A stretch of DNA of 53,413 nt, the filler included, from Sphacelaria rigidula (Eukaryota): NCBI GenBank assembly GCA_964200075.2. It is 3 parts of 3 records of this genome, joined end to end, with 100 filler letters (N's around TTAATTAATTAA, not from the genome) between each part and the next. Parts side by side here need not be neighbours in the genome. Positions count along the whole stretch, not along the records: positions 17,839 to 35,576 come from CAXNAA020001004.1; positions 35,677 to 53,413 come from CAXNAA020001005.1; 1 more part is not named here. The stretch is one strand, 5' to 3'. Shown here piece after piece: positions 26,573 to 38,482 of the stretch (the stretch's first letter is position 1; the number at the start of each line of letters is the position of its first letter). The position numbers and the translations under genes are program-made. The notes beneath the pieces are model-generated. The model searched no databases. It was given only the letters and a program-made list of their open reading frames with translations, and was not told the DNA's origin.

Positions 26573-26924
26573 GATGTACGAGTGTGTTTTGGGGTGTAAA
26601 AGAACCAAAGAACCTGCACGCTTTACTTTGGCACCTTTGAGCTGTTGCTGCTGTGCCCTGTTGTGTTCATTGTTTCAAAAAGAGGCATGTGTTACAAGAA
26701 GGGGATCGGTGACTATTGTTTCCAATGCGGATCCTGTGAGTTGCCTTGCAGTTTAGCACCTGGGCGCTTTTCTCCCGCTTGTTGCCCATCTAGCAGAGAG
26801 TCGGCAACGGACACCGGGCAGAGGCTGTTGAGGAGACGGTTGACTCGGCTATTGGTGTGCCTTTTCGCCTCGTACTCTGTGGAAGTTTTCCGCCAGCATC
26901 CACTTTGCCGATAATATTGAGATC
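26573..26924. promoter_or_regulatory. Short divergent intergenic region; putative bidirectional promoter (SR gene / ferredoxin-like gene)
   Basis: Only 352 nt separate ATG 26572 (-) and ATG 26925 (+). No specific core promoter motif was identified. Confidence 0.6.
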
Positions 26925-29900
26925 ATGAGAGCTGTCCCTACAATGCTCTTGCTGGTAGGCTTGCAGACCTCCAGTGCCTTCGTGACTCCCTTTGCTGACA
27001 AGCCATTCGCGCGGTGAGTGGCGTGGTGAGATAGATAGCACTCGGGATCATGCAATTTGCGAAACAGTCTGCTGTGCGCTTGTTGGGGGTATACTTGCCA
27101 AAGCCAAATGTGAAGTACATGCCGTGTGTTCATTCTACATGCTCGCCTTTGTGGACGAAATTGGGGTTGTGAAGCCTCGTCCTCTCCGATGAGCACGTGT
27201 ACACAATATCATGTGCGCACAAGTCATGTTTTGGATTGCGTTGTGTGGTAGATGTTGCATGTGTATCACCGTGTGCTTGATTCAAATGTCTAGCGCTGTA
27301 CTACGTGCTACTATTTTCAGCTTCTGGTGCAGCTGCTTCGGATAACGGAAGATGCCATAGGGCAGGCCGTCAATTTGATGGATTATGTTCAACCTGTGCA
27401 CATGTAGTGATGGGATAGCACAAGTACGGTGTTTAGCACCCCCAGTGGCAGTTGTTTGAGTGCTCATGTTATCGAGGAACACGGCAGTACATACATGCGA
27501 TACATCATTTCTCGAAGCGTACCAACGAAAGCTTTCCAAGCAGCCAACTGGAGATGACTGCGACCGTGGTACGTTTTCAGAAACTCGATGCTAACTGCAC
27601 AGTCCGTTATTCTCTCGCTGCGCTGCTGTCCGTCGCCAAACGGCTGAGACCTTGATACGAGCTGGAGATGCGCTCCGCTTCGTTTTAGTTTTCCTATCCG
27701 CCGATATATCGATATATCCTCATTCTGCTCCTGAGAGGGAGTGCCGTCGGTAAGCCGGATCCAGCGGTTTAAATCCGACGGAAGTGCAGATTCAGCTGTT
27801 TCTAAGGTCAAGGTCACTTGTGTAACAGTAGCACGGTAGTCAGTAGTCAGACTTGTTCATGGTGTGCGTGTGTGTGTAGTCGTCCATTCTATTCTGGACG
27901 CCGGTCTACACCTTTCGGTATATGTGGGCGCATCAGCCGGGGCCACACAGGAGGAAAGTCAACACAGGAGTTTTTTCTTTTTGTTTCTTTTCAGTGCTCT
28001 ACCTTCCTTCTGCGGTGCTTGCCTCTATTTTTCATCGCGAGAGGGGTTCAGCAGTCCCTCTCCCTCGTCGACCGCTGAGTCGAATTTTGTGTACCCACGA
28101 CATGGTCGCTCTCCACTGTTGAGCTTGGTGTGAGAAAAAATCCCAGATGGCTCCAAGATTTGAACCCACGACCCAACCTTCAAAAGGTTTCATACAAAAG
28201 ATAAAAGTGGCGGAAATCACTTGAATTGTGAGGCATGCATTAGTTTGGGTGACCCCCACCTGTCGCAAACTGCGTTGAGTGGAAGCTTGCGTCGTGAGCT
28301 TTCTAACGAATGTCTTTGTTAGCTGCTACTTCCGGGGTTGGCATCATAAAGAAATGGGAATCTAGAATCTATCTCAGAACGACAGGAAAATGAATGTTGT
28401 TGCCCTTTTCTCGACACTTAAAACGCGACATTTTTGTAGCAGATGAAAAGAACCGCGGGCATTTTTGGTGACGAAACGCGTATCTAATATGAGCCATAGC
28501 GAGGAACTGTTGTACAGTGGATATCGTGCGATATTACGGTAGAAGCAACACTCTGTGGGAAGCTACTGCATCTGCTCAAAAATAGACAGCTTTGGGCTTT
28601 GGGGCGCTGCAGGTTTACAGAGTAGACACTTCGGCTCGGTTAGTGGCCGATTGACACATAACCACGCGGGTTGACTGAGGGTCAAGGCCAGAGCTGTCAG
28701 ACTTTGGGCCGGGCGTAGTGTAAGTCGCAGTTCACGTGTGAAAAAACGAACGTCACAAGGAGTGTGATACTGTGTGTCATTGGTTCGCAACGTTCACCAT
28801 GTTTCTTAGTTGTGCTGCACCAAGATCATTGCATACTAAAACCGCTTTATAGGGAACGGTAACGCAAAAAATGAGTGTCATCCAGGGGACACCATGAGAA
28901 AATATGAAGGACTATGCTGTACTGTTGGCTTGACTGACCATCACGTTGTCAAGACACCCCGCTGCTGCCGTAATATATCGAACTTTGTGGAGTCATCCCT
29001 GTTGGTGAGAGGGTTAAGTACAGCTGGGCATGTGTGGGACTGTAGTGTACTCTACTGTGTGGCCCTGTGTTCCACTACTGTACCATACTGCTGCAGTAGT
29101 ACTGACTGTTGCTGATCTGGGATACATGGATGAACTGTACTCTTCTGAATACCTGCGGAGTTGATTTTAATCGCCTGCGTCATCCTCTGCACTAACGATC
29201 AGCTACCAAAGCGCCCCTTTGGTCGTTCGTGAGCGCGGGGGGCCTTAACCGTTCGACAGCGAGCGTCGCCTCGGAACAGTTTCACTGGCTGACAGTCCAT
29301 GGACATCCGGGTATTTCCAGGGGGCGGGGGAGGTAGTTCTTGATGAGGGAGCCTGCTCGCAGGAAAGCCGAAAAGCTCACCGCGTCAACCATGTGTGTTC
29401 GGAAGTTTCCCACGGGAAAGTATAGCCCAGGAGCGAGGCCCGAGAGGAGCAGAGTGACCATTCTGACAAATCATGACGATCAAAAGGGTCACTTTGTTCC
29501 CCCTTTAGATGGACTACTTTGCTGTCTAGCCGTATTTCTCATTTTGGTTGGGACATTTCAACCATAGACCACATGGGGAGAAACAACGGGTTCTGTACTC
29601 TGCTCGTGGTCTGTGCCACCTGCCTCACCCCTCAGTTATTTCCACTACAGCTTCACACTGTAGTGCTGTTGTGGAACACTAAGCAGAGACGTCAGAAGCA
29701 TGCAGTAGACTGGTGGAGAGCGATGGCACCCTGACTGTTTCTTGCCGTTGTATCCAGCGGAGATATACCGCACACACACCGACTCCGCACGAAATAGACC
29801 ACAGGGTCAAAAACGGTCAGGGGTTCTGCGGGACTGGTTTCTACATATATGCCCAACATCCACGTGTTCACGGGAAAAGACGTTTTGTGTAGCGAGAAAG

Positions 29901-32900
29901 GAGCTGTTCTGAATCTCAAGTGTGGTGTAGTCCATTTCAGTACACCTACGAGGGGGTTGCTGTCAAGGGGTTGAGGGTTGTGCCCAGTTGTGGAATTACC
30001 GGTGTCTCTTTTGGGCACCTTGATCGAAGAGAGCTTTCTGCTTTTGGAGTACGTTTTTTTACCCGAGGACATGCCGCAAAAACACGACAGGTGTTCACGG
30101 TGCGTTGCTTCCGCGGTGTCAAGTAGTACGTCCCTCTTCACTGCCTTGTTGGTGTGTGACATATGACGTATTCCAAGCTATGAGAATTTGATCGAATCCG
30201 TGCATATCTCCCGCGCATTGCAAGAGACACGGGAGCGTGAAGGTTTCGTTTTCAACCCACACCCGTAATAGTGAAGCTTTCCCCCGCCTGGCTGTCGTTA
30301 TTTTCGATTTAAGTGGGGCCATACTGATCATTGTAACTAGCGCCCTGATTCAACCGCCGCATTCAGTGTTGTTGTGACCAGCTATATAAATATGAAACAA
30401 TGTATGCGGCAAAATATTGCACCTGGTTTGTGCTGGATCGCAAGTTGACTTCTGAAGAATCTTCATCGTCCCGTCGTATGTGTGACAAGGCGTTTTTCTT
30501 TCGACGATATCGACAACCTGAATCCAGCGGAAACTTGAGCTGGCGCGCACAATCCTCACTACAATTCAAGACACAGCTATTCGGCTCTTTATGGTTTTCA
30601 AATATATGCAATAGAGGGCCAGCGTGCGCACAAAGCGCATACATTCTATACCCCCTTCTCCTGCCGCGAACATAACACAAGCGCCGAGATCGAACGGGAC
30701 ATGTTGTGACACAAGATATCATGTACTGACGGCGGCTCTGATATCTTCTTTTTTTTCAAATCTCCTCTGCTTCAGAGCTGCTTTCGTATCTTCCACAACA
30801 GCCCGCGCAACATGTGACCCAAGTGCCACCACGATAAATGCCGCCGTTAGCTATTGCTCGCGAAGTTATGCCTACGCTAATAAACGCCACGCGCATGATG
30901 AAGCACGTGGATGATGACCAACAGGAAGGCGAGTAATACGTCTACACTTTGGGGGTCTTGCTCTGGTACCGAGATGAGTAGGGCTAAGAAGAGTAGAGCC
31001 GGGGCTCCCAACCTCAGCTCGGTCAGCCCACAACGCCTCCAAGTATTAGTTATTCCGTAGTGCCCTCCTCAGTAATGCCACTATTGTAGCTCAATTGGCT
31101 GCTTCAACGCGTACTCAGTGGCCATGTTGATGGTTCGAGTACACTGTTGGGGTGCTGATAAGATTACTACAGTGTGGGTCATATCGATGCAAAAATGCGT
31201 TTTGTCCGAAATTTGGGGGTAGTGTGGAAGACGGGGGTGTACTCATGGTCTTGCATGCGGTACTCATGAGACCGGGACGGAGCACGCTGAGTTTTTGCCG
31301 GACCAGGCTTGCAATCACCAAGCGCGAAGCGTCTTGGTGTGTTCGGCTAATTGCATGAGGGTTCTCTTGCATCCTGCCGAGATTGTTCGGCCCGGAGCGT
31401 ACTAATTATCTCGCATATGGATGAAAACCTCGAATGAGTTGCTTCATTCTCTGGTATCACCGCTTTGACAGACAGCCACGGGTTACATTGTCTCATAGGT
31501 GCCTCACCATGTAAACACTACGTAGTACTGTACGACCATCCCCTTTGCGCGGAGTTGAGGTTCTCCACCCCGCACAATACAAGTTGACTCAACCACCACA
31601 TGGTTTCCGCGAAAAAATCGCAAACGAAAAAAAGAGAGACGATAACCTGCCAGCCTAGCTTATGCATTGAGTGGCGTGTTTACAGCGTCGCTGCCAACCG
31701 ATACAAACCCTTGAAATAGAGAAGGGGGAGGGGAGCGGGGGCGAAAGTGGCCTATTCCCCCGTACTATGCCCCCTTATTGCCACCGCATTTTTCGCTGCC
31801 CGTTAGCAAGGATGGTTGCAATCTGCGGTTTTGAATGTTCACTGTCAATATTCCACCGTAACGATGCAATGCGCAACCCGATGTGGATGTTTTTTTCAAC
31901 ATCTACTGTACACGCTATGTGCACCAGACCAACGATTGACCGAAAGGCAACGGGAGGTGTGTAGTGCATATGCTGTAGCCATGTGCAGCCTTGTGGTTTT
32001 GTCGACCGCAGTATCAACCAAAGATCTGCAGTATATCTCCGTATCATACCCACTGTAAAATCTTGCTGGTTGCAACACGCGCTTCACGGGAGGTGGAGTG
32101 CCTCCCCCTCCCCTGTGGCCGTTATCATAACCTTTTAGCGCTGTCCTTTTTCGCCGATGTTGCTCTTGCGTCGCTTGCCGTATCGGCGAAAAGTTCGACG
32201 ATTGCGCGATCAACGGCTGGTGTGCTGCCCGGCATGGCGCCAGCTCGTGTCGACATCCCGTTGGAGCTCGAGGGGGAACTTGACTCCGCCCGGGAGTGGG
32301 ACATAGAGGTGGGGCCCGTAATGGTGCAATGAGTGGGTACTGTGTAAGCTGATTTATCTGCGTATTGTGGGCGTAAGTCCTTCCAAGATGACGATGGTGT
32401 GATTATATTTGCAGCTGTGCGTACGCAATGCGGTATTTTACGAATCGGGGATGGATTTTTTATTGAGGATGAGAAACCCCGATAATTAAAGTCTTCGTAT
32501 CCACACCAAAGCTTCGTATAATCGGGGTGCACAAACATTAGCTGGTCCGGCGTACTGGAGTTAGATATAGACTCTTGTCTACTCGCACCATAATGCTGCA
32601 CCTAGGACGGAGTCGCGGCTGAACGTGAGGCGATCCTCGCGCAGGCAAACATCACAAATTGTTCAAGAATGCTCTTGTTTTGTTTCACAGAGCAAAATTG
32701 CCTCGGGTAAATGTTGGCCAAAAGAGTCCACCCCCACCGTAGCAAAATTCGGAAGCAAGTTCGTAATCGTGACTTGAAATATTCCCGAGATACTCCGCGT
32801 ATCCCGTACGGCGCCAGTATCCAGTACAGTATCATCCGTACCCGTATGCTGGGCACGGTCAGTCTCGATCCGTATGAGACGGCAAAAATACCCAGTATCA

Positions 32901-35182
32901 CCAGCATGCGACGAAGAATTACCCAGTATCGCCCGTATCCGCCAGCATAAGGCGGCGAGTTACCCAGTATCGCCTGTATCCACCAGCATGAGGCGGTGAA
33001 ATGTTGTTGTGTTCACATTAAAAAAAAACATTCCGAAGATGTACGGGGCATCTGATGTGGACGCCTTCCGTGGTGACAGTACTAGCTAGCCCAAGCGAGG
33101 GTAAAAGAACATCATGAAAGAAAGTCAGACCCAGAAACAATTCACACAGACGCGATGCAAGAGAAATAAAAAAGAAAAAATAAGAGAAAAACACATACTG
33201 CTAGCCCTGTAAGTTCCGATGCCGTATGCGATCATTCAGGCTACTGGAGGCAGGGTCCATAGGTCCACTCAACACGCGAGATCGAACAGGAAGGGGGCCA
33301 ACTCGAGAGCCACGAATACCCAGTGAAATTATTTCCGAAAAGACATGTAATACTTTCCAGTATCAGGCTAGAGCGAGAGACACTCTTCCCCGCAAACATA
33401 CATGAAAGAAAGACCCCTACCGGTCGACCCCCACATACACCAGCCCTACGATTATGCCAGGGAATGATTTCAGTCACGTCGCCAGAGAAGGTCTTTTTGC
33501 AGTAGGAGATAATGAAAGGGACAGTTCGGGACGTGCGGCAAACGCCAACGGCATTGCTGCCGGACCTGCCGCTCGTACAACACCACCAGTAGCTGCGGGA
33601 GAGGAGAGCACCGCGAGCCTTCCACCGACATTCGCAGAAAATGGCGATGTTTTGGAAGTTCCGGACGAAGTCAAGAAAGCCATCCAGAAGCAAAATGTCG
33701 CCTTTTATATCACACGCGGCCAATTGGCTACCCCCCCAGAAATCCCTCCACACGATAATTGCAAAGATGCTCGCCGTGTCACGCACGGTGCCAGTATCTA
33801 GTACAGTATACTGGACACGGCCAGTATCCACCCGTAAGAGACAGCGAAAATACCTAATATCACCAGTATCGTCCAGTATTGGATCGCAGAATACCCAGTA
33901 TCGTCATCATCCGCCAGTACAAGGCGGCGAATTACCCAGTATCGTCCGTATCCGCCAGTATGAGGTGGTGTGTGTGTGTGTGTGTGTGTGTAAAGCCTCA
34001 TTTATTCCGGGCGCCAGTCTACACCTTTCGGTATATGCGGGCGCATCAGTCGGGGTCACACAGGAGCTTTTTCTTTTTTATTTGTTTTTAATAAATACCC
34101 CACCTTCCTTCTGCGGTGCTTGCCTTTTTTTTCATCGCGAGAGGGGTTCAGCAGTCCCTTTCCTTCGTCGACCGTTAAGTCGTATTTTGTGTACCCACGA
34201 CATCGTCGCTCTCCGCTGTTAGGCATGGTATGAGAAAATATTCTAGATCGCTCTGGGAATCGAACCCCATACTCAACCATCGGAAGGTTACGAGGTTACC
34301 AACTGAGCCAACGGGGGGGCGACCAGACACTCTTGGTGAATTTCACAATTTCACCAATATCCGCCAGTATGAAGCTGCAAAATACCCAGTATCACGAGTA
34401 TCCATCAGTATGAGATAAGCAATTACGGGGGGTGTACGGATACGGGCCAGTACGGAAATCCATATGCACCATACTGGTACGGGTCATAGAGGGAGATTCT
34501 TTGGAATATTTCGTGTTGATACAGTCGTCGAGCGTGTCGTGTCATCCATCGTGTCTCGCTTTACTTACACGAATGCAGCTAACTCTGATGCTCTCTTCTT
34601 TCCGAGAAATGCTGGAATATATATTTTTTTCGTTCTACACGGTAAATAGAGACACATGCCTCACACGGAATACGCTACGTACATATACATACACATACCT
34701 TCGCACGCTTCCGCAGACACAAAGCTTTTCCGTATTGAACATGTCGATGTGGGCGCTTGCTGTAGAACTGTTCCTGAAGGGCAAAATATCGATGTTCTGC
34801 AACGTTTGAGCAAGCTGTTGGTGTACATTATCTGACAACGTTTTTAGAGATTGTTGTACAAAAAAGCGAACAAATGATGTATTTGCTGCCTCGTTGAACG
34901 TGCGGAGTAAGTGCTCCGTGATTTTGCCTTGCGCCCGAGTTTGGTTCACAGCAGTTCCCTCCGCATTGGGTATCGCAGATGGATTTAGATGGGGACGTGA
35001 AGGTCGTGAAGGTAAAAGAAGGGACGTCGGTGCTTAATGCGGCCAAGTCGGTGTACGACGACCCTCCGCACTCGTGTCAACAAGGGATTTGTACAACTTG
35101 TGCGGGATATATTGAGGAGGGGAAGGAGGGAGAAAACTTCAAGCTGGCGGTGGATGCCTTGAGTCAAGATCAGAAGAGTGAG
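26925..35182 (+). CDS. Nuclear-encoded plastid-targeted [2Fe-2S] ferredoxin-like protein; 3' end missing
   Basis: Exon 26925-27013 MRAVPTMLLLVGLQTSSA-FVTPFADKPFA (signal peptide with SA-F bipartite plastid motif, donor GTGAGT, phase 2). Exon 32194-32308 (R)STIARSTAGVLPGMAPARVDIPLELEGELDSAREWDIE (phase matches). Exon 34979-35182 MDLDGDVKVVKVKEGTSVLNAAKSVYDDPPHSCQQGICTTCAGYIEEG...LSQDQKSE with the plant-type C-x4-C-x2-C motif. The exon carrying the fourth Cys was not found, probably lost at gap 35577. Confidence 0.88.
27282..27816 (-). CDS. Candidate terminal exons of an unidentified gene nested antisense in ferredoxin intron 1
   Basis: Stop-free frame ETAESALPSDLNRWIRLTDG...FLKTYHGRSHLQLAAWKAFVGTLREMMYR, then a GTATGT donor (~27494), a ~100-nt intron containing GCTAAAC and ending in a CACAG acceptor (~27393), and an in-phase continuation MLNIIHQIDGLPYGIFRYPKQLHQKLKIVARSTALDI*. 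No domain recognised. Confidence 0.33.
27862..28191 (-). mobile_element. tRNA-derived SINE-like element, copy 1 (5'-truncated, lacks A box)
   Basis: Shares the body tctacacctttcggtatatgtgggcgcatcagccgggg...accttccttctgcggtgcttgcc...catcgcgagaggggttcagcagtccct...gtacccacgaca with the other copies; (CA)n tail at 27862-27877; B-box remnant near 28158. Confidence 0.85.
31230..31420 (+). repeat. Dispersed repeat, inverted relative to its copy at ~41305-41526
   Basis: ccgggacggagcacgctgagtttttgccggaccaggcttgcaatcaccaagcgcgaagcg...gattgttcggcccggagcgtactaattatc matches the reverse complement of 41320-41462. The ORF track shows ITKREASWCV versus ITKREAPWCV. Confidence 0.8.
32776..34512. mobile_element. 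Putative non-autonomous TIR element with internal ~40-nt (ACCCAGTATCG-CCGTATCCGCCAGYATGAGG) tandem units and nested insertions
   Basis: Left end gaaatattcccgagatactcc versus reverse complement of right end gaaatattccaaagaatctcc. Repeated CCAGTATC-based units at 32815-33000, 33790-33965 and 34355-34412; SINE copy 2 lies inside. Confidence 0.55.
33968..34325 (-). mobile_element. tRNA-derived SINE-like element, copy 2 (full length)
   Basis: On the minus strand: TGGCTCAGTTGGTAACCTCG A box, GGTTCGATTCCC B box, conserved body and (CA)12 tail. Confidence 0.88.
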
Positions 35183-35576
35183 GTGAGAAAGTGTAGCACC
35201 ATACTGTCGTGCGTGCGTGCTTGTGTGTGTCAACCCTTCGACCGCGAGAGGGAGGCGATCTGTTGAATCGGCATCACTTTACACCTGAAGGAAAAAAGAT
35301 GAATTTTGCGTTCAACACTTCACAGATAGCCTATCCTCGCGATCCAAGGCTTGGGGCGTACACCTTTCGCGAATGCGCAGGATTGGATGGGATTGTCGAG
35401 TGGTGCACGTGTTTAGAGAAGTGCCCCGGAGATGCACCCAAGAGTAGCAACATGGGTTTCGTGGAAGAAGCATCCGAGAATTCAGCTCATGTTCAGTGCG
35501 CTGATATCTCCTACAGGCTGGGCCAGCCTACAAGCAGATTTGTACTTTGCAGGCGAATTCGCATTTTTTTTCTTGG

Positions 35577-35676
35577 NNNNNNNNNNNNNNNNNNNNNNNN
35601 NNNNNNNNNNNNNNNNNNNNTTAATTAATTAANNNNNNNNNNNNNNNNNNNNNNNNNNNNNNNNNNNNNNNNNNNN
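35577..35676. other. Assembly gap spacer (44 N + TTAATTAATTAA + 44 N)
   Basis: Same 100-nt linker as at 17739-17838. Confidence 0.97.
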
Positions 35677-35740
35677 ATATCCCAAAAGGGGTAGACTGGC
35701 GCCCAGAATAAATGGGACGACAACACACACACACAACACA
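35677..35740 (+). mobile_element. tRNA-derived SINE-like element, 3' end only (cut by the gap)
   Basis: gtagactggcgcccagaataaatgggacgacaacacacacacac is nearly identical to the 3' end of the copy at 49261-49303. Confidence 0.8.
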
Positions 35741-36471
35741 GTGCATGAAGACGGGGTGCTTGAGTACCGATGCAGCCGGTTGAGCGAAAATATTGAACAC
35801 AAGACTGCTGTGCTGCTGTTGTGGGCTTGCGTATGCGTGCTCGTGTGCTCCACATTGTTACACGACAAAATTCAGCCGATTTTTGCGTGTGTACTGCTTA
35901 AATTCTACCCCAAAAAGTCAACTAATCAAGTTACTGTAGTTGATTTAATTGACATGTTGTTGATTGATCAACGAATCATGATTAAATCAAGCCGATTTGG
36001 GAGAAAAAATCAAGTATCAAGTCAACCACTAGAAATAGTTGATACAGTATACAACCCCACCAAAAAGACACTTGTCCAGATTTTTATTTTTTTTCTGTAA
36101 AAAAGAACGACCTAGTTATTGACGGTACAATATAAACTGGTCCAGTTCACAGCCTACATAATAATACAGTCGTCTCCGGTTCCGGTAAGAATCGATCAGG
36201 AAAGGTGACTGCGTGAGGATGAACAGTCCCTACTACGATACCAACACACCGGTAGCCATCGATCATGGAGTAGAGCGCGGGCGCAGTACAGATAGTATAA
36301 TTGTAACGTGCACTATTACAGTTACAACTGACAGGACACAGCCAGCACTATCCAGCGCTTCGTGTAACGTAAGTGTTTTTTTAAATTCATATTTGGCTAC
36401 TCGTACGTTACAACAGTAGTACAACTGTAACCTGTAGGCTGAAGTACACCCGCGCACTGTACTGTACTGAC

Positions 36472-36768
36472 TGTCATGCACCAGGCAGGCAAATCACCTG
36501 AATCGAATAGATCTTGTATGGAATCCAAGTCCACGATGTAACCATCATCTTCCAAGGGGGGCGGGGGTTGAAATCCATTTCGCTGCTCCGAATGCCGCTC
36601 CTGATCTTGCAATTTGTCGTGGCCTGTGTTATCGGCGCAAACAACGATGCCACTAGCGCGTTTCCGTATTTCGAGACCGCAACATGCGTACGATCTTCGA
36701 TGACCCCCAACAGCTGTTCCTATGTTGCACGAGTATGGTGTGTTGTCATGTGGAGCAAGAAATGTCGA
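36472..36768 (-). CDS. Candidate internal exon of an unidentified gene (99 codons)
   Basis: Pyrimidine tract TTCCGCTTTTGTTTTTGCTGCAAAG as acceptor, an open frame ending ...QPPPPLEDDGYIVDLDSIQDLFDSGDLPAWCMT, and a GTCAGT donor; phase 0-0. No partner exons were confirmed. Confidence 0.35.
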
Positions 36769-38482
36769 CTTTGCAGCAAAAACAAAAGCGGAAGAGGTAT
36801 TCAATATCCCAGTGTTGCCACAACCAAATAATTTCGCTATCTCAATCCCCATACTGACGATAAACGTCTGACAGCACTACCAACCAGACGTCAATCGAGG
36901 CTGGGGGAAACGAAAAGGAAGTACATAATCGGAAAAAGTGAGGTAAATTTGCCTGTACATGCAAGCTTTGAGAACCTGCCTACACAAGCAGAACCACTTC
37001 CACCGCAAATCGCTCTGCGATCGTGCAGACCCGCCGGTCCAACCAACACCATTTTTTAAGTCAGACACATCAGAGCTGTCGCATGACACATGCGCACACG
37101 CAACAGCACGAGCACGCACAGCCTACCGCTCACATGCACCACCTTTAGCTAGCTGCGAAAGCAGCAGCACCCTTGCAGTAGTAGCATACTGTAGTGTGGA
37201 GACCGTCGCTCCGTACCAAAAACGACCACCGCTAAAATTTTCAACTATTGCAACGTGCTTCAGGCTTGCCAGGCAGCCGATCCGACTACTGTCACTGCCG
37301 TGTTGTGTGTGTACACAGAGTATAGTACAGTACAAATTTCTTCTCGTAAATGGAAACTCTGTTCCCAGCACGCGCTGTTCTGTCTGTAATCGACGGACGG
37401 TCCTTTACTAAACCCTCAGAATACTACTTACTTCTACCGTCTCCATAGATGGTGTGCGGGTGCTACCAGCGAACGGATGTTCGATGTTTCCGCTGTCTTG
37501 CGTATATTTTCACCCCGCGCCGAAACGTTCCATAGATAGCTCTACGGTCGAGCTCTAGGGCCGAGCTATGCAATAACGTGTGCACCACCCCCTTATCGCT
37601 GTGTTGTTTCGTACTTCATCATGAGCGCGCGACTTTGCTAGCCTGTTCACGAATGACCAACACGTGAGGACTGGAACACGAGTGGGCTGGAACATTAATG
37701 CTGCTGAAAGTGTGACCCAAGGTTAAAAAGTCATCCGCGCATCTGCGCCAGCGTAAATGTTTCGAAGGTGTACATTCTGTACGTGGCATAAATATAAAGG
37801 TGTGAAGGTTGCGCGCCTGTTGGTATTGCGAGTATTGGGATAGAAATAGATAGAAAGACATCTCGTGTCGCCACAGCCGGTGGCCTCATGTTTGAAAGGA
37901 CGCGCGTGCTCTCACGGTGGTTTCAAGGCCAGCTTGAGAGGGCGTTGGCCTTTCGCGCTTCCTGCTGCAAATTTGGTAGCCCGGGCGAGATGGCCAAAGC
38001 TTGCCACACCGTATTTGTTTCACTTCAGGGCTACTGCAATTCTTGACTCTGGCCCATTCAGGCTTTCCTTCCCAAAGAGGATGGACCGGTACTTGGGAAC
38101 GTTCTTTCCCATCTTCTGACAACGTTCCTGATGACGCTGCTAAATCAGAATGGAAACAAACTCGTTACACCTGTGATGCGGCCAATGCGAAAGTACACAT
38201 GTATCAATGTAGAGGTGTATATCTTCTCCGATAGAAAAATATATCATATACGAGTGCTCACTATCGTGCTGAAAAGGGTACATCTGGATGCATGAAGACG
38301 TGTACCTTTTTAGGGTCCTGAAAAAAACGGCCAGCCGTCGCCCCCTGTCCATCACAACGTCGAACCTACAACTGTCACATTGTAAGTGTGAACAGGTCGC
38401 TACACGAGTGCATTTCTTCCACAGAACACACGCCAGCGCAAGGAAGCACCCCTCTGCCTCCACTTCTTCCGACTTCAGCAGG

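Noticed and set aside
29200-29470. GC-rich structured-looking stretch considered as RNase P/MRP or other ncRNA
   Set aside because: The conserved CR-I/CR-V pseudoknot motifs were not found; it fits better as exon-like sequence on the minus strand.
32815-34412. Repeat-spacer appearance suggestive of a CRISPR array
   Set aside because: Eukaryotic intron, degenerate tandem units without unique spacers, and no cas genes.
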